A stretch of DNA of 64,000 nt, from IMG/VR virus record IMGVR_UViG_3300022594_000001. One strand, written 5' to 3'. Positions 12,301-19,321 of this stretch are shown in pieces. Below the pieces are notes generated by a model. That model was not told the DNA's origin. It worked only from the letters and a program-made list of their open reading frames with translations, and searched no databases. The position numbers and the translations under genes were made by a program. The DNA is from a virus (taxonomy: Duplodnaviria; Caudoviricetes). Within the stretch, counting starts at the first letter, position 1; the number at the start of each line of letters is the position of its first letter.

Positions 12301-13987
12301 AGATATCAGTGTTACCAAAACTGTATCCACTTTCGTCAAACATGTCAAAGTAAGGAGTCTGATTAAGAGTTGTTTTTTGCTGCCCAACATTCCACGTTGT
12401 ACCATCGTACCAATACATAGATCCTTGCGCTTTAACACCTTGTTTAACAAGCACAACATTGCCATCAACTGGCTCAGTTTCTAATTCAAGATGAATCTGA
12501 CGACGTCCTTGTATTGTTACAAATGTAACTCGATAAATTTTATTCTTAACAAGTCTGTCAGTGTCAGCAGTAAACAACACACGCTGATTTTGATTTAACT
12601 GAATACCGTCTACATTATAACCGAGACTTCCTTCGATTGTTGAAAATACATCAGTTGTGTAAGTATCAATTAAGTCAACATCTGGAACTGCCATAGTTCC
12701 AAAGTTGAATAATTTAATGTCTGCTTCAAATTCAATAATTGGTCTAACGGCTCTAAAACTTTGATTAATAGATGGCACTTGTCCATTATATTTTGCACTA
12801 GCTTCAATAACATCTTTGTGGAACCAACGATTAATTCTGCTCCACGGGTTATGATCTTTACTTGCTCTGTTAACTACAATGTAATCACGTGTACCAGCAA
12901 ACGAAGTTGCATCTTCCCAAGGCATAGTATCAAATGGTGTAGAATCAAATTGAATATTTTCGTTTACTGTATACTGACTAACAATTTCAAGGATAGATTC
13001 GGGTATCAATCGAATAGATCTGCCAACACCTTCAACATAATAGAAACCTGATGCATAGCTTTCAGGTATTACATTGCCGATAAATCGAACTTTCATACCA
13101 TTGCTCAATGCTGTTCCATCAGGCAATGTAAAATTAACCTTACCTAATACATCTTGTTCAACATTAATTTCTGTATTATCGTTAATCGAAACAATTTCAA
13201 ATAGTCCACCTAAGTCACTATCAGTTTCACTCATGTAAAATAATACATCAGGACAACTGTATGGCACTGTAAACGTTATAGTTCCGTCTTCAACACCTTG
13301 TTGATCAATATCAGGAGTATCATAAAGGTCCTGTGCATAAGGTGTTCTACGAGTCTTAATGCTAAAAGGGTTTCCAGGGCTACTAATTTTAAATTTGTAT
13401 GTTTGCCCTCTTACTAATTTAAGAGTAGGGTTTCTTGTAAGATCGCTAGGAGCAAATAGATATACATTGTTGTCGCCCTCGGCTTCAATTGAAACTGTAT
13501 ACTCACTTATAATCCCTTCTTGCTGTCCAAAGATTGTGATAGGATCTGGGCCGTAAGGCAACCAATAGTAGTTTTGGAAGTTGCTAAACTTGTCCCAATC
13601 AATGTGCGGGTTCCAACTGTACATCTCTTGTTTGTTTATACGAGGATGATTTGTAACATCAGTTCCGAATACATTTAGCTGATTGATATAATCTTGATAA
13701 TCTTTAAAAAATGTAGTATTACCCAGTGCATCTTGTACAGTTAATCCGGGTTCTAGTTGATAATTTTGTCTTTGCGCACTTGGTGCATTAAGGAATACAT
13801 CATTCCCAGATGTTGCTTTTGCATTTTGTCTACCAATGTATCCGTTAACCTTATTGACAGTCCCAGGCTGAACTAGTTGATCAATCGTAGCTTGTAAGAA
13901 TTTCTTATTAGCATCTGATTGAAAAAACTTCGGTAAAAACTCATAGCTTTTGCCGCGGTTTGGATTTGGGTTGGTGTTGTCAGCCAT
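395..13987 (-). CDS. Giant (4530 aa) baseplate wedge/fibre-like virion protein
   Basis: Uninterrupted ORF, translationally coupled (TAATG) to the gp6-like gene, in the gp7-equivalent position. Has CBM5/12-like motifs (WTAGVQYAVGKIVQYNKRFY, WQAWQDYALGDIVKYKEFYY), FG-GAP/propeller-like repeats (FGASLVFG, FGSALAMS, FGTKVALM, FGHGFSVG) and G.GY...P.I repeats. Confidence 0.7.
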   Translation of the reverse strand: MADNTNPNPNRGKSYEFLPKFFQSDANKKFLQATIDQLVQPGTVNKVNGYIGRQNAKATSGNDVFLNAPSAQRQNYQLEPGLTVQDALGNTTFFKDYQDYINQLNVFGTDVTNHPRINKQEMYSWNPHIDWDKFSNFQNYYWLPYGPDPITIFGQQEGIISEYTVSIEAEGDNNVYLFAPSDLTRNPTLKLVRGQTYKFKISSPGNPFSIKTRRTPYAQDLYDTPDIDQQGVEDGTITFTVPYSCPDVLFYMSETDSDLGGLFEIVSINDNTEINVEQDVLGKVNFTLPDGTALSNGMKVRFIGNVIPESYASGFYYVEGVGRSIRLIPESILEIVSQYTVNENIQFDSTPFDTMPWEDATSFAGTRDYIVVNRASKDHNPWSRINRWFHKDVIEASAKYNGQVPSINQSFRAVRPIIEFEADIKLFNFGTMAVPDVDLIDTYTTDVFSTIEGSLGYNVDGIQLNQNQRVLFTADTDRLVKNKIYRVTFVTIQGRRQIHLELETEPVDGNVVLVKQGVKAQGSMYWYDGTTWNVGQQKTTLNQTPYFDMFDESGYSFGNTDIYNGSTFKGTTLFSYKVGTGTVDNNLGFALSYKNINNIGDIVFNFNILSDSFQYKDIASVKTLTTDVGFLKKTNTDNSITYVNGWEICKTETTQPAIRIYKNSNKVNNFDLDIFDNIDNLDDLVVRIYVNGIRLDPSKWNLVNGVIFKRVILASDISATDVLTIKAFASQPINGNGYYEIPVNLQNNPLNESITSFTLGEVNDHVNSIVENLINFVGAFPGASNLRDLGSVTPYGTKFVQHSGPASLSLYHITSENNNIIRSIEYAREQYGKFKRNFINIAEKLGVDTDTVSHVDLILEKINKDTPNSAPFYFSDMVPYGAKVITPLTVVDYRIKTYPLTNYFSLDTLSTKAVGVYLNNVQLLANRQYTFDAQGFIVIDNSVDLTNGDTVTIVEYDNTNGCFVPETPTKLGIWPKYEPKIYTDTTLLTPRVMIQGHDGSQTLAYGDYRDDLILELEKRIYNNIKIKYNPDIFDVDTVVPLYNRESDYSLDEFNTALAPNFYKWLTLVDKDFTKPLSYDRNNPLTFNYRGHSAPDGRETPGYWRGVYRWLLGTDRPNLCPWEMLGFSEEPSWWTQVYGPAPYTKDNKPLWNDLATGTVREPGVPPVVLPQYVRSYLENYCPVDEDGNIASPLISGLSQGITTTSTAGDFVFGDVSPVEAAWRRSSYYPFSVLITSMLLQPAKTFGLVLDRSRIVRNIAGQLIYKDTNLRITPKDIILPSIYSSTSFVQTAGIINYVVDYILSDNLKSYNAYVNDLQNITAKLSYRVGAFTSKEKFNLLLDSKTPLSQGSVFVPQEDYNIILNSSSPIKKISYSAVIITKFSDGYDIKGYSLTEPYFKYYAWTQSGITINVGGISESYSTWTAGVQYAVGKIVQYNKRFYRSKVLHTTTSQFDPTNYQLLDSLPIIGGKNAILRKTWNREPIIVPYGTKFSSVQEVVDFLQGYGEYLKDQGFIFDEFNTTLNTITNWETSAKEFLFWTTQNWSTGEDKWKEWNPSQQIKFNEIVRYNGDYYRAVRNIEATDIFDEVDYDKLDGLSTVGSSVISLSPSATKITFSTPLSVVDDISNAFNSYEIFKVDGSPLQPHFLNSYREDNAVSYSPRDSNGIFGASFYLIQQEQVVIINNTTMFNDVIYSPASGYRQERIKVAGYISTNWYGGFDVPGFIFDRAVVQEWQAWQDYALGDIVKYKEFYYSAQSFVAGTETFNPTDWVKDINPPTQELLPNWTYKAGQFMDFYSLDSDNFDSSQQQLAQHLVGYQKRQYLDNIIKDDVSEFKFYQGMIAEKGTQNVLNKLFDVLSSANQDSLSFYEEWALRLGQYGSNAAYENIEFILSEELFKSNPQGVELVNSVNTSLVDFIIRQTPNDVYLKPLGYNNAPWPLIKNFKPYLRTPGYVRTEDVTVTLANLSDILNQDISKFSEGSYIWCAFDNPPHFWNVYRYTNANLLVSGATYSNKVLTISANTIPFSIGDYVGISGATILNGFYQVTNTGEGTFSVSATIPAWTPLIDLSTITISSILTQRVDSIDNASQILPATLIENEKIWTDNNGNGKWAVWQHNNVYKESEIVNTIPQVDTYYGRKVLVNNTGTISIISNAAGEIVVYDRIGASAPWVQRQAILPPFISTPGLSNPTPETQTGDVIALSADSTWLAVGVPLATDALIRYDGVLNIVDDLGTDSGLTNHGVVTIYRKDSNNIFTAVHTFASQYPDNDEQFGASLVFGNNTLFVTAPGGNIVYQLEYVTSTNATASYNPVGSSAYTVKLSAGTGTIVEGMTIVGTGFTSGQTVQQVIDSTTIIVSSLPDSTPSGQLQFTLTQWQYVDNVLFPTNGEVGFGSALAMSNDSSTLLVTTAVPLKTYVYSNVNGQYQSITSVSGGSSVAVSNNGNYLVVSDATANSNQGVVAIYGYDGTTTTVLQAITQNVPTNNSYFGTKVALMNDSRTLVILSNAVNALHGQIDVYDKYVTQWIYGETISNPSNQSDNFGHGFSVGSNVIFVSAPTALDQGIVSGKVYSYAKLNNTSSWEVLHYQIDKVDVTKIKQAFLYNTNTNKLITYLDVIDSTQGKIPGVAEQEIKYKTFYDPAVYSVGTTDLNVDDGTAWAKTQVGTLWWDLRTAKFIDSSDNDVVYRNSTWNTLFPGASIDVYEWVSSTLLPSAWNAITDTEEGLSLGISGTTLYDDTVYSVIKRYDNISKTYKKTYYYWVKNKTTVPNLISRNLSAKDVASLIENPRGQGYEYLALTSANSFSLVNVKPLLQSDNVALSVEYWTVDSSTRNIHTEWKMISNDVESELPSAIEQKWFDSLCGKDASGRVVPDTSLPIKLRYGIENRPRQSMFVNRFEALKQFIEQVNRVLINNQIAEDRNLALLETYDVEPNIIKGTYDTVLDTDLELRFAVISTFIKPSLTPIIEDGKITGVNILEKGNGYLVAPYIDIVGTGINAKIRTKINAKGQIVGVTIENAGEGYNDNTILLVRNYSVLVHSDSQANNNWSIYAYEPTTQVWSRIYGQTYDTRKYWEFVDWYAEGISQYVAADYAVSVLSELNNISAKVGQIVKVLTNNSGNWVLLRKYADSTSIDWTQSYEVIGLQNGTIQFLPSLYNFEGSIYGYDGALYDGGIFDNSASVELRNILLTIKNNILIDDLKTEYLSLFFANLRYAFAEQGNIDWAFKTSFVKVHHNIGELKQKVTYSNDNLPDFEAYVNEVKPYRTKIREYISNYSNLDTGMMSVTDFDLPPVYENGSVTTVDATVSNGKIVAYDSAVQSYPWKHWLDNASFEITDIKLVSSGSGYLTEPVVRFVSDSGSGATARAFIANGKVNRIVLLTPGSGYLSAPRIVIDGGVASDGTPARAVAIIGNSAVRSTLIKMKFDRITNNYVLDTLEQTETHYGTGSRLQFPLVWGPDVRIGKSTVTVNGVDALRDNYKLSIVKSTSKGYTSYSGSITFTVAPATGSEIKITYLKDWSLLNSADRVQFYYDPATGELGKDLAQLMNGIDYGGVIVSGLGFDVNGGWDNLPYYTDKWASLDESYNDVIATVAADTHSFDLGYVPEAGTEINVYYSLLNVDSTLDTDGVTTEYAFSVYDNAPLSVVATITRTVSQVSNLGIDTIVLNDVTGLKAGDVLTIPSVLNGVAYNCKIVQIINSTRLVKLDQILFRTIPSGSTAIFTRTMLYPTDYVINTNGLVQLTEPLVQHAKFEIKAYLNKIRLDDPNYGTVDQTNPYAIMLPHIADGISSTITIPDTFQVNEGDKFIIRQSTSDGSITPQTDDYDTSLTGGTLANVGGIYSTATGKTADEIIIDGDGFHTVTSGSAPEEVVPGQVADAVSIKIYDRPSSGSAVIKVDSYLGDSERTQFGISQLPNSNQAVIVKTVEKIVDINGIPSRQSYILERDVDYTFDYTNKTINTVTPPANGVTLSVFSLGFNGSNILDLDYFIGNGNTTEFITKAPWLETVSHMVYVDGQPANVVLFKTDSSYESTNRIGIRFIDAPKDQALITFVIVSGTQQSFAITKSEMFRGNGTDTYTLANVVGDALPLESNMIVRVNQQILLAPNNSYFTIKSNKLNYTVDPTKFLPYTVSANDIAVLANGILLSPATDYILDLSGITVKINKSVYKKYSGKELIISIKQNDGYQYVPGIPPALITSQVYTSADEIEVISSYKHDVLDIQRTAINITSNLSLTASTEEYYRYRGLSSGLLHLDRAVLNDNYVWVIKNGTLLTPGIDFKLNQDKQSIKLAFDPNLNDEFTIITFGTNILTSGIAYMQFKDILNRTIFKRLNKMKQTMLTQELKPTDVTIHVADSSSFDPPSPSNNKPGIIEIAGERIEYFTLNGNVLGQLRRGTLGTGVRELHKVGSIVQEIGVSETLPYTEETITKNIDSDGTQLVLLDFTPASVNDIEVFAGGRRLKKHAYSVYNPQLHPDSPEGDEAFAPEFTVDGISNQITLRDAPVFGTRITVVKRVGTDWDSTVNIQNDSNKIAQFLRAEPGIWYSEFKNI

Positions 13988-16900
13988 TAATTGCTACTCC
14001 CGTAATTCGAACTTGTAATTGTTTGTTGTGATGAAATATTAGATGTCACTGTTGTACCTGCAATTGCTTTAATTCCACTTGCAGTAATTCCAGAAATGAT
14101 TTCTACATCATTAACTGTTGCGCTGCTAATAAAAAGCTCATCGCTTCCAGATTTAATTTCAAATAAGCTACCAAAACTTAATCCATTTTGCTTTGGTACA
14201 ATAACAAAACTAGAAATGTCTGGACTTAGTTGTGTGACAACATATGTAGATAATTCAGTAAAATAAAATGTATCGCCAAAATCCCAGTTGTTTAAGGAAA
14301 AGAACTGGTTAATTGCACTAATAACTCGTGCCTTAATATCGTTATCTGATACTACTTGACTGCTATTTTTAACTACTTTAAATGTTGCTTGTAACTCAGG
14401 TGTTGCTGAGTCACCAAATAATAATTTGTACTTAACTGGATGATAAATGATTTCGTCGCTCACTGATTTTATTAAATTTAAATTAGGAGACAACATGTCA
14501 TATAACTCATCAGTACCCGGAGGTAAAGGTTCTGTAGTTATGGAACCAGCAATCCATTGTCTAAACATAGTGTCATATTGTTTAGTTAAAACATAAACAT
14601 CAATAATATTGCTTGCGCCAGAATCAATTCTTGAATTATAATCAGCACTGTGTATATACTGGAATTTTAATCCACTTCTTCCTTGGTATACTTTATAATC
14701 AAGCGTTGCAGAGAACACGCCGGTCGATGCGGCGTACTGCATTACAACACCAGTAGTTGTAAAATAAAAATATTGCCCGTCAGTTTTTTCAAGATACGTT
14801 ACATTTTCTTTTCTATCTTTAATAATAACTGGTCCAGTTACTGGATCATTTGAAACATACTTGTAATCTTCTTGTCCGGTTGTTATTAAATATTTTTGTT
14901 GAATAATGTATTTTGTTGTTGGCAGGTAAGAAGGTTGAACAATGTTTAAAAACACTTCTGGGTTATCAACTACGCCGTCATCGTCAGTATCTGCAAAAGA
15001 TACAACTAATTTTTTAGTATCAACATATCCGTCTAGTCCAACATACTCGCTAATAATATCCCATTTTTGATCCACAGTAAATGGTGATGTGCCCATTGGC
15101 TCAAGGCTGCTTGTTGGTTTTGTGTTAATACTTAAAACGTTGATGACGTCTTTAACTACTGTTTCTGTTCGAGTATCATAAATTTTTCTTGAAGAGTCAA
15201 AGTAAAATCTAATTTGTGCATCGCTTTCAAATATATAACGCTGTTCTCTAGATGTAACAGTGTAAGAAATATTATCAGTAGTAAACAATAACATCCAACT
15301 TGAGTCTTGTTGTTGATTGCTATTATCGCCTTGTTTAGTTAGACTAAAATCACTAGACGAATCTAAATTTACTTCAAAGATAATTTGCCATGATTGAGTT
15401 GATGCATTGTAGCTTAATCCAAATGGCTTGTTAGCAAAAATTAAATCAATCATTGTTGTAATGACTGTGCTATCAATAACTGTTCTCCACTTTGGAATAA
15501 CTTGCGAAACGATTGCACTTGTTGGAACTTCTGTGTTAAGTGTAATGGCTCCAAAGCCAACAGCAGTAACACCGGTATTACTAACACCAGTTCCGTCGTT
15601 TACTACAGAAACTACTTCTGCCCAGATACTAGTCACTGCTCCGGCAGGAGTTGCATCACCTAATACTAGTGCGTTTGATTTTGCTGTATCAAAGTAATAC
15701 CCTGTTGGTGCAGTAAATTTAACTAAAGATCCAGAAGTAATATATTTTAAACCAGTATTAGTGTACGATCCTACTTTATAAACTGTAGAACTGCTAATAC
15801 CGTTAATGTAACCAGTTGACGAATTTGTATCGTCTGTTACTCGGATCCATTCAATGTTTAATAAACTTTCAGAAATTAAATTAATATAATTTGAATAGTA
15901 AAAGTTTCTTAGATTCTTTCTTTTTAGGACATCAAATATAGTGTTATAAACAATGCCTTCAATATCTGTTTTAACGGTATAACTAAAATTAGTTTGATTT
16001 AAATAATTTTCTAAGTACACTACTCCGTCATCAGCAAATAAATTTGTAGAACTGTATTTGCCGGTTGGATCAATTAAGTCAAAGTAACGGCTAATCCCGC
16101 TGCTTGTTCTATTAATAGATTTAATCTTAGATACTAGATTGTTTGCAGACAACGGACTAATATTATAGTCTTCGCCTGTAATCATTCTGTTTTGTGTATA
16201 GAATGTTGCAGGTGCATTTGCCTTAATACTAGCATTCGATTCAGTAACTGTTGCATTGGAAACACTAGTTGCTAAATTCATAGTAACTGTTAATGTTTCA
16301 ACTTGGTTAGTTGCAGATACATAAGGGAATGATATTGATACATTTCTGACATCAGAAGTATTAATAGTATATGCTAGCCCGTTACTAACACGATAATATG
16401 TTCGGAAAGTTCCTAATGGAAGATTACCAAATGTGCCGTCGCTAAATTGTAAACTAACTGCATCATTGGTGCGAGTTAATACTGCAAAAATATTTTTAAT
16501 ATTTTTATTAACACTGTTATAAATGATGTTATTTGATTCAAAGTTTGATACGGCGGTCCACTCTTCTGACTCTAAGCCGTTTGTGTCTAACTTGTATAAC
16601 CAAACATCATCGTTATTAATATTTTGTGCATCAATGTCAATTGACTGATTGCTGCTAGGTTGTGTAACTGTAAATGTTCCAGTGTTTAATGTACCTTGAA
16701 CAAATCTTAAAAAGAATCCGTTGCCAGGACTGCTTGCACCTTTACCGTCATCTCTGTACACACAGTTTAACTGATTTCCTACTTTTGGAGCGTCTTCATA
16801 TATAAAAGTTTGTCCGCTGAATGTTGTACTAACAATTTCAAAATTCATAGGGCGACCGGCTACTGTTTTTGTAAAACTAAAAACAGGAATGCCAGATGTT

Positions 16901-17475
16901 GCGCTATTAAATGTATACTGAGAAGTTGGTATTCCGTAAATTGTTGCAGAATCTGCAGGATTTCCAAACTGTTGAATTTGCGGGAAACTTGCGTTCATTA
17001 CCTTAATGAACTGATCGTACCAGTTAGAGTTAGACGGATCATTCCATCCGATAACTTGATTTGATAAATTTCTGCCGTTGCTATCAAGAACGTTTTCAGT
17101 AGTGCTAATAGTATTGAACTTTAATAGTCCGCTGCCAGCAGTAGTACGTTTAGCGTTGTAGCTAATTAATCGGGCAAGGCGTAGGACACTATCACGGCGC
17201 TCTGCTAGCTCTAAAAAGTTTTCACGAGCATTTAAATCAACACGGAAAGCTATGCTTTGGCCCAAGAATGCTATCAAATCTATAAGGGCAAGGTATTCGC
17301 TAGACTCGATATAATCGTTAAAATCTTCTGGAAAATTAACTCGAATATAGTCAATCATAGAACGGCGTAAATTTTCAAAGTCATAGCTTTGAAAATCAGC
17401 ATTTCGGAAACTTTGATAAATTTTCTTCCAGTCTTCTGCGACTAATAGTCTGTTTTGTCTAGTTGTTACGCTCAT
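13987..17475 (-). CDS. gp6: Baseplate wedge subunit, T4 gp6/BplJ-like
   Basis: N-terminus DFENLRRSMIDYIR...DYIESSEYLALIDLIAFLGQSIAFRVDLNARENFLELAERRDSVLRLARLISY is typical of gp6, as is the later RMITGEDY motif; follows gp25. Confidence 0.88.
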   Translation of the reverse strand: MSVTTRQNRLLVAEDWKKIYQSFRNADFQSYDFENLRRSMIDYIRVNFPEDFNDYIESSEYLALIDLIAFLGQSIAFRVDLNARENFLELAERRDSVLRLARLISYNAKRTTAGSGLLKFNTISTTENVLDSNGRNLSNQVIGWNDPSNSNWYDQFIKVMNASFPQIQQFGNPADSATIYGIPTSQYTFNSATSGIPVFSFTKTVAGRPMNFEIVSTTFSGQTFIYEDAPKVGNQLNCVYRDDGKGASSPGNGFFLRFVQGTLNTGTFTVTQPSSNQSIDIDAQNINNDDVWLYKLDTNGLESEEWTAVSNFESNNIIYNSVNKNIKNIFAVLTRTNDAVSLQFSDGTFGNLPLGTFRTYYRVSNGLAYTINTSDVRNVSISFPYVSATNQVETLTVTMNLATSVSNATVTESNASIKANAPATFYTQNRMITGEDYNISPLSANNLVSKIKSINRTSSGISRYFDLIDPTGKYSSTNLFADDGVVYLENYLNQTNFSYTVKTDIEGIVYNTIFDVLKRKNLRNFYYSNYINLISESLLNIEWIRVTDDTNSSTGYINGISSSTVYKVGSYTNTGLKYITSGSLVKFTAPTGYYFDTAKSNALVLGDATPAGAVTSIWAEVVSVVNDGTGVSNTGVTAVGFGAITLNTEVPTSAIVSQVIPKWRTVIDSTVITTMIDLIFANKPFGLSYNASTQSWQIIFEVNLDSSSDFSLTKQGDNSNQQQDSSWMLLFTTDNISYTVTSREQRYIFESDAQIRFYFDSSRKIYDTRTETVVKDVINVLSINTKPTSSLEPMGTSPFTVDQKWDIISEYVGLDGYVDTKKLVVSFADTDDDGVVDNPEVFLNIVQPSYLPTTKYIIQQKYLITTGQEDYKYVSNDPVTGPVIIKDRKENVTYLEKTDGQYFYFTTTGVVMQYAASTGVFSATLDYKVYQGRSGLKFQYIHSADYNSRIDSGASNIIDVYVLTKQYDTMFRQWIAGSITTEPLPPGTDELYDMLSPNLNLIKSVSDEIIYHPVKYKLLFGDSATPELQATFKVVKNSSQVVSDNDIKARVISAINQFFSLNNWDFGDTFYFTELSTYVVTQLSPDISSFVIVPKQNGLSFGSLFEIKSGSDELFISSATVNDVEIISGITASGIKAIAGTTVTSNISSQQTITSSNYGSSN

Positions 17476-17493
17476 GATTTGTCCTAATAATGA

Positions 17494-17501
17494 TATTTAT
17501 C
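17494..17501 (-). promoter_or_regulatory. T4-type late promoter (GATAAATA) for gp6 and the giant wedge gene
   Basis: In the 47-nt gap between gp25 and gp6, about 19 nt upstream of the ATG. Confidence 0.65.
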
Positions 17502-17522
17502 GAATAAAATTATGTGCGTATT

Positions 17523-17963
17523 TTATAATAACATTCCGTTTGCTTGATCAAAACGCACTTGCATGGCTTGACTAACATTGTACGGAAGATAAGTTAGCAC
17601 ACATTCAAGCTGGATTCCAGATTCATAACTAGTAACCATAACTTGATTTGCTTGAACTCGAGGGTCGTAGTTAATAATTCTATTAACATTTTCAATAATT
17701 GCATTTTGCACTTCGGCAGTTAGTGGCTCATACAAGAAGTCCCAAATAACACAACCAAACTCTGGATTCATTAAACGCTCACCTTGACGAGTGTTAAAAT
17801 GATTTAATATATCTTGTTGTATTAGATAAAAATCGTACAAATTAAAATTTTCAGATTTAGAATTAATTGTACTAAAACCCCTGTACATTTTTGGTGTAGG
17901 CGGAGTTCCGTTGATTGCAGGGTTTAAAACAATCTTATTGTATAAGTTTGTATTAGAAGTCAT
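17523..17963 (-). CDS. gp25: Baseplate wedge subunit, gp25/GpW-like
   Basis: LIQQDILNHFNTRQGERLMNPEFGCVIWDFLYEP and INYDPRV are hallmark gp25 motifs. Confidence 0.92.
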   Translation of the reverse strand: MTSNTNLYNKIVLNPAINGTPPTPKMYRGFSTINSKSENFNLYDFYLIQQDILNHFNTRQGERLMNPEFGCVIWDFLYEPLTAEVQNAIIENVNRIINYDPRVQANQVMVTSYESGIQLECVLTYLPYNVSQAMQVRFDQANGMLL

Positions 17964-19321
17964 TATTGTGTCTCCGCAGGTTTAACCTGTTCAAATGTAT
18001 CAGTTACTGTTGTATATTGTTTAAATGCTGTCGGACTTGGCTCAGTAGGCGAATCTGATGCTTGAGTAGCGTCAGGAGTAAAGCTAGCAGGATCTAAGTT
18101 TTCATGCCCTGCCCAAGGTTCAGTTTGTGGAACTCTGTTTGTTTTGCTTGCAGGCACTGCCTTTCCTGAATTTAAATGAATTTCGCCGCCATCAATGTTT
18201 GTGTTAGCAGCAAGAACTTCTAAATTTCCGTTAGGATTTAGTTTAATAGCTCCGCCAATGTTTACGTTCATATCACCCAATGCTGTAAAATTAATATCTC
18301 TATCAGCAGTGAAATTTAAATCATTTTCAGAGTGAACACTAATGCTGTCTTTAGAATATATGTCTATCTTTCCATTACTAGTCATTTCAATCCAAGCTGT
18401 GCCTCGACTATTAGTAATATAAATTAAGTCTTCGCTATTGTGTAATAAAATCTGATGCCCGGTGCGTGTGCGAATTCTAAACAATTCATTATGAGGAATT
18501 GTAGGATCTCCACCGTCTTCGCCTTGTTCAATTGCGGCGTATTCCGGAGGACCATCGCCGGCTTTAGTTTTACGTAAAAATTTATCGTCGCCGTCATCCA
18601 TAACAAATGTTGTTCCGCCTAGGCGGCTAACAAATGTGTTAATTTTCTCATCGCCTTTACCAACTTTACCTTTTTTAGCATTACTTCGTTTGTCAACTGG
18701 TCCAGGAGTTGATATTCCAAAAACTGCACTTGGAACTTCACGACGTGCGCTACTTGTTGTTATACCTCGAATATCATCGTTAAGTAATCCCTGTGCCTCT
18801 AGTACATCTGCAAGGGGATGCGTAGGTTTTTTAATTTTTGTAGCATTAGTAACTTGAGAAGTAACGGCTTTGTTGTATTCAGCTACCGGAACTCTTCCGC
18901 TGCCATCAGTTGAAAATTTTGTAGCAGCAATACCAGGAACCATAAAATTCATATTTTCATCAGGTACACAACCTATCCAATAACCCATCTTAGGATTATT
19001 GTCAACAAAGATTACCATAACTGTTGTACCTACATCGGGAGGTATTGCCCACCAACCATAACTTTTTTGTGTGTTATTATAGTCGTCTGGGTCTTCGGCA
19101 ACAAAGTCAACACTAGTTACTCCATAGAAGGGACTCATGTATTTGACTGTATGCAGTTGCCCAGCATCGTCTGATCCACCGACTACACGAAGTAATCGAA
19201 CTTCTAACATTCCCATATAGGTCGGATCAAGGTGACTAACAACTTTAGCTAAGTACGGACCTGATTTAAATTCCGTTTGCGTTGCTGCTATTGTGTCTAC
19301 GTTATTATCTGTTTGCGCCAT
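17963..19321 (-). CDS. gp5: Baseplate central spike, gp5/VgrG-like OB-fold plus short beta-helix; no lysozyme domain
   Basis: GPYLAKVVSHLDPTYMGMLEVRL...SPFYG...PPDVGTTVMVIF...YWIGC OB-fold; RTRTGHQILLHNSEDLIYI...WIEMTSNGKIDIYS beta-helix; lies between the hub and gp25. Confidence 0.8.
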   Translation of the reverse strand: MAQTDNNVDTIAATQTEFKSGPYLAKVVSHLDPTYMGMLEVRLLRVVGGSDDAGQLHTVKYMSPFYGVTSVDFVAEDPDDYNNTQKSYGWWAIPPDVGTTVMVIFVDNNPKMGYWIGCVPDENMNFMVPGIAATKFSTDGSGRVPVAEYNKAVTSQVTNATKIKKPTHPLADVLEAQGLLNDDIRGITTSSARREVPSAVFGISTPGPVDKRSNAKKGKVGKGDEKINTFVSRLGGTTFVMDDGDDKFLRKTKAGDGPPEYAAIEQGEDGGDPTIPHNELFRIRTRTGHQILLHNSEDLIYITNSRGTAWIEMTSNGKIDIYSKDSISVHSENDLNFTADRDINFTALGDMNVNIGGAIKLNPNGNLEVLAANTNIDGGEIHLNSGKAVPASKTNRVPQTEPWAGHENLDPASFTPDATQASDSPTEPSPTAFKQYTTVTDTFEQVKPAETQ

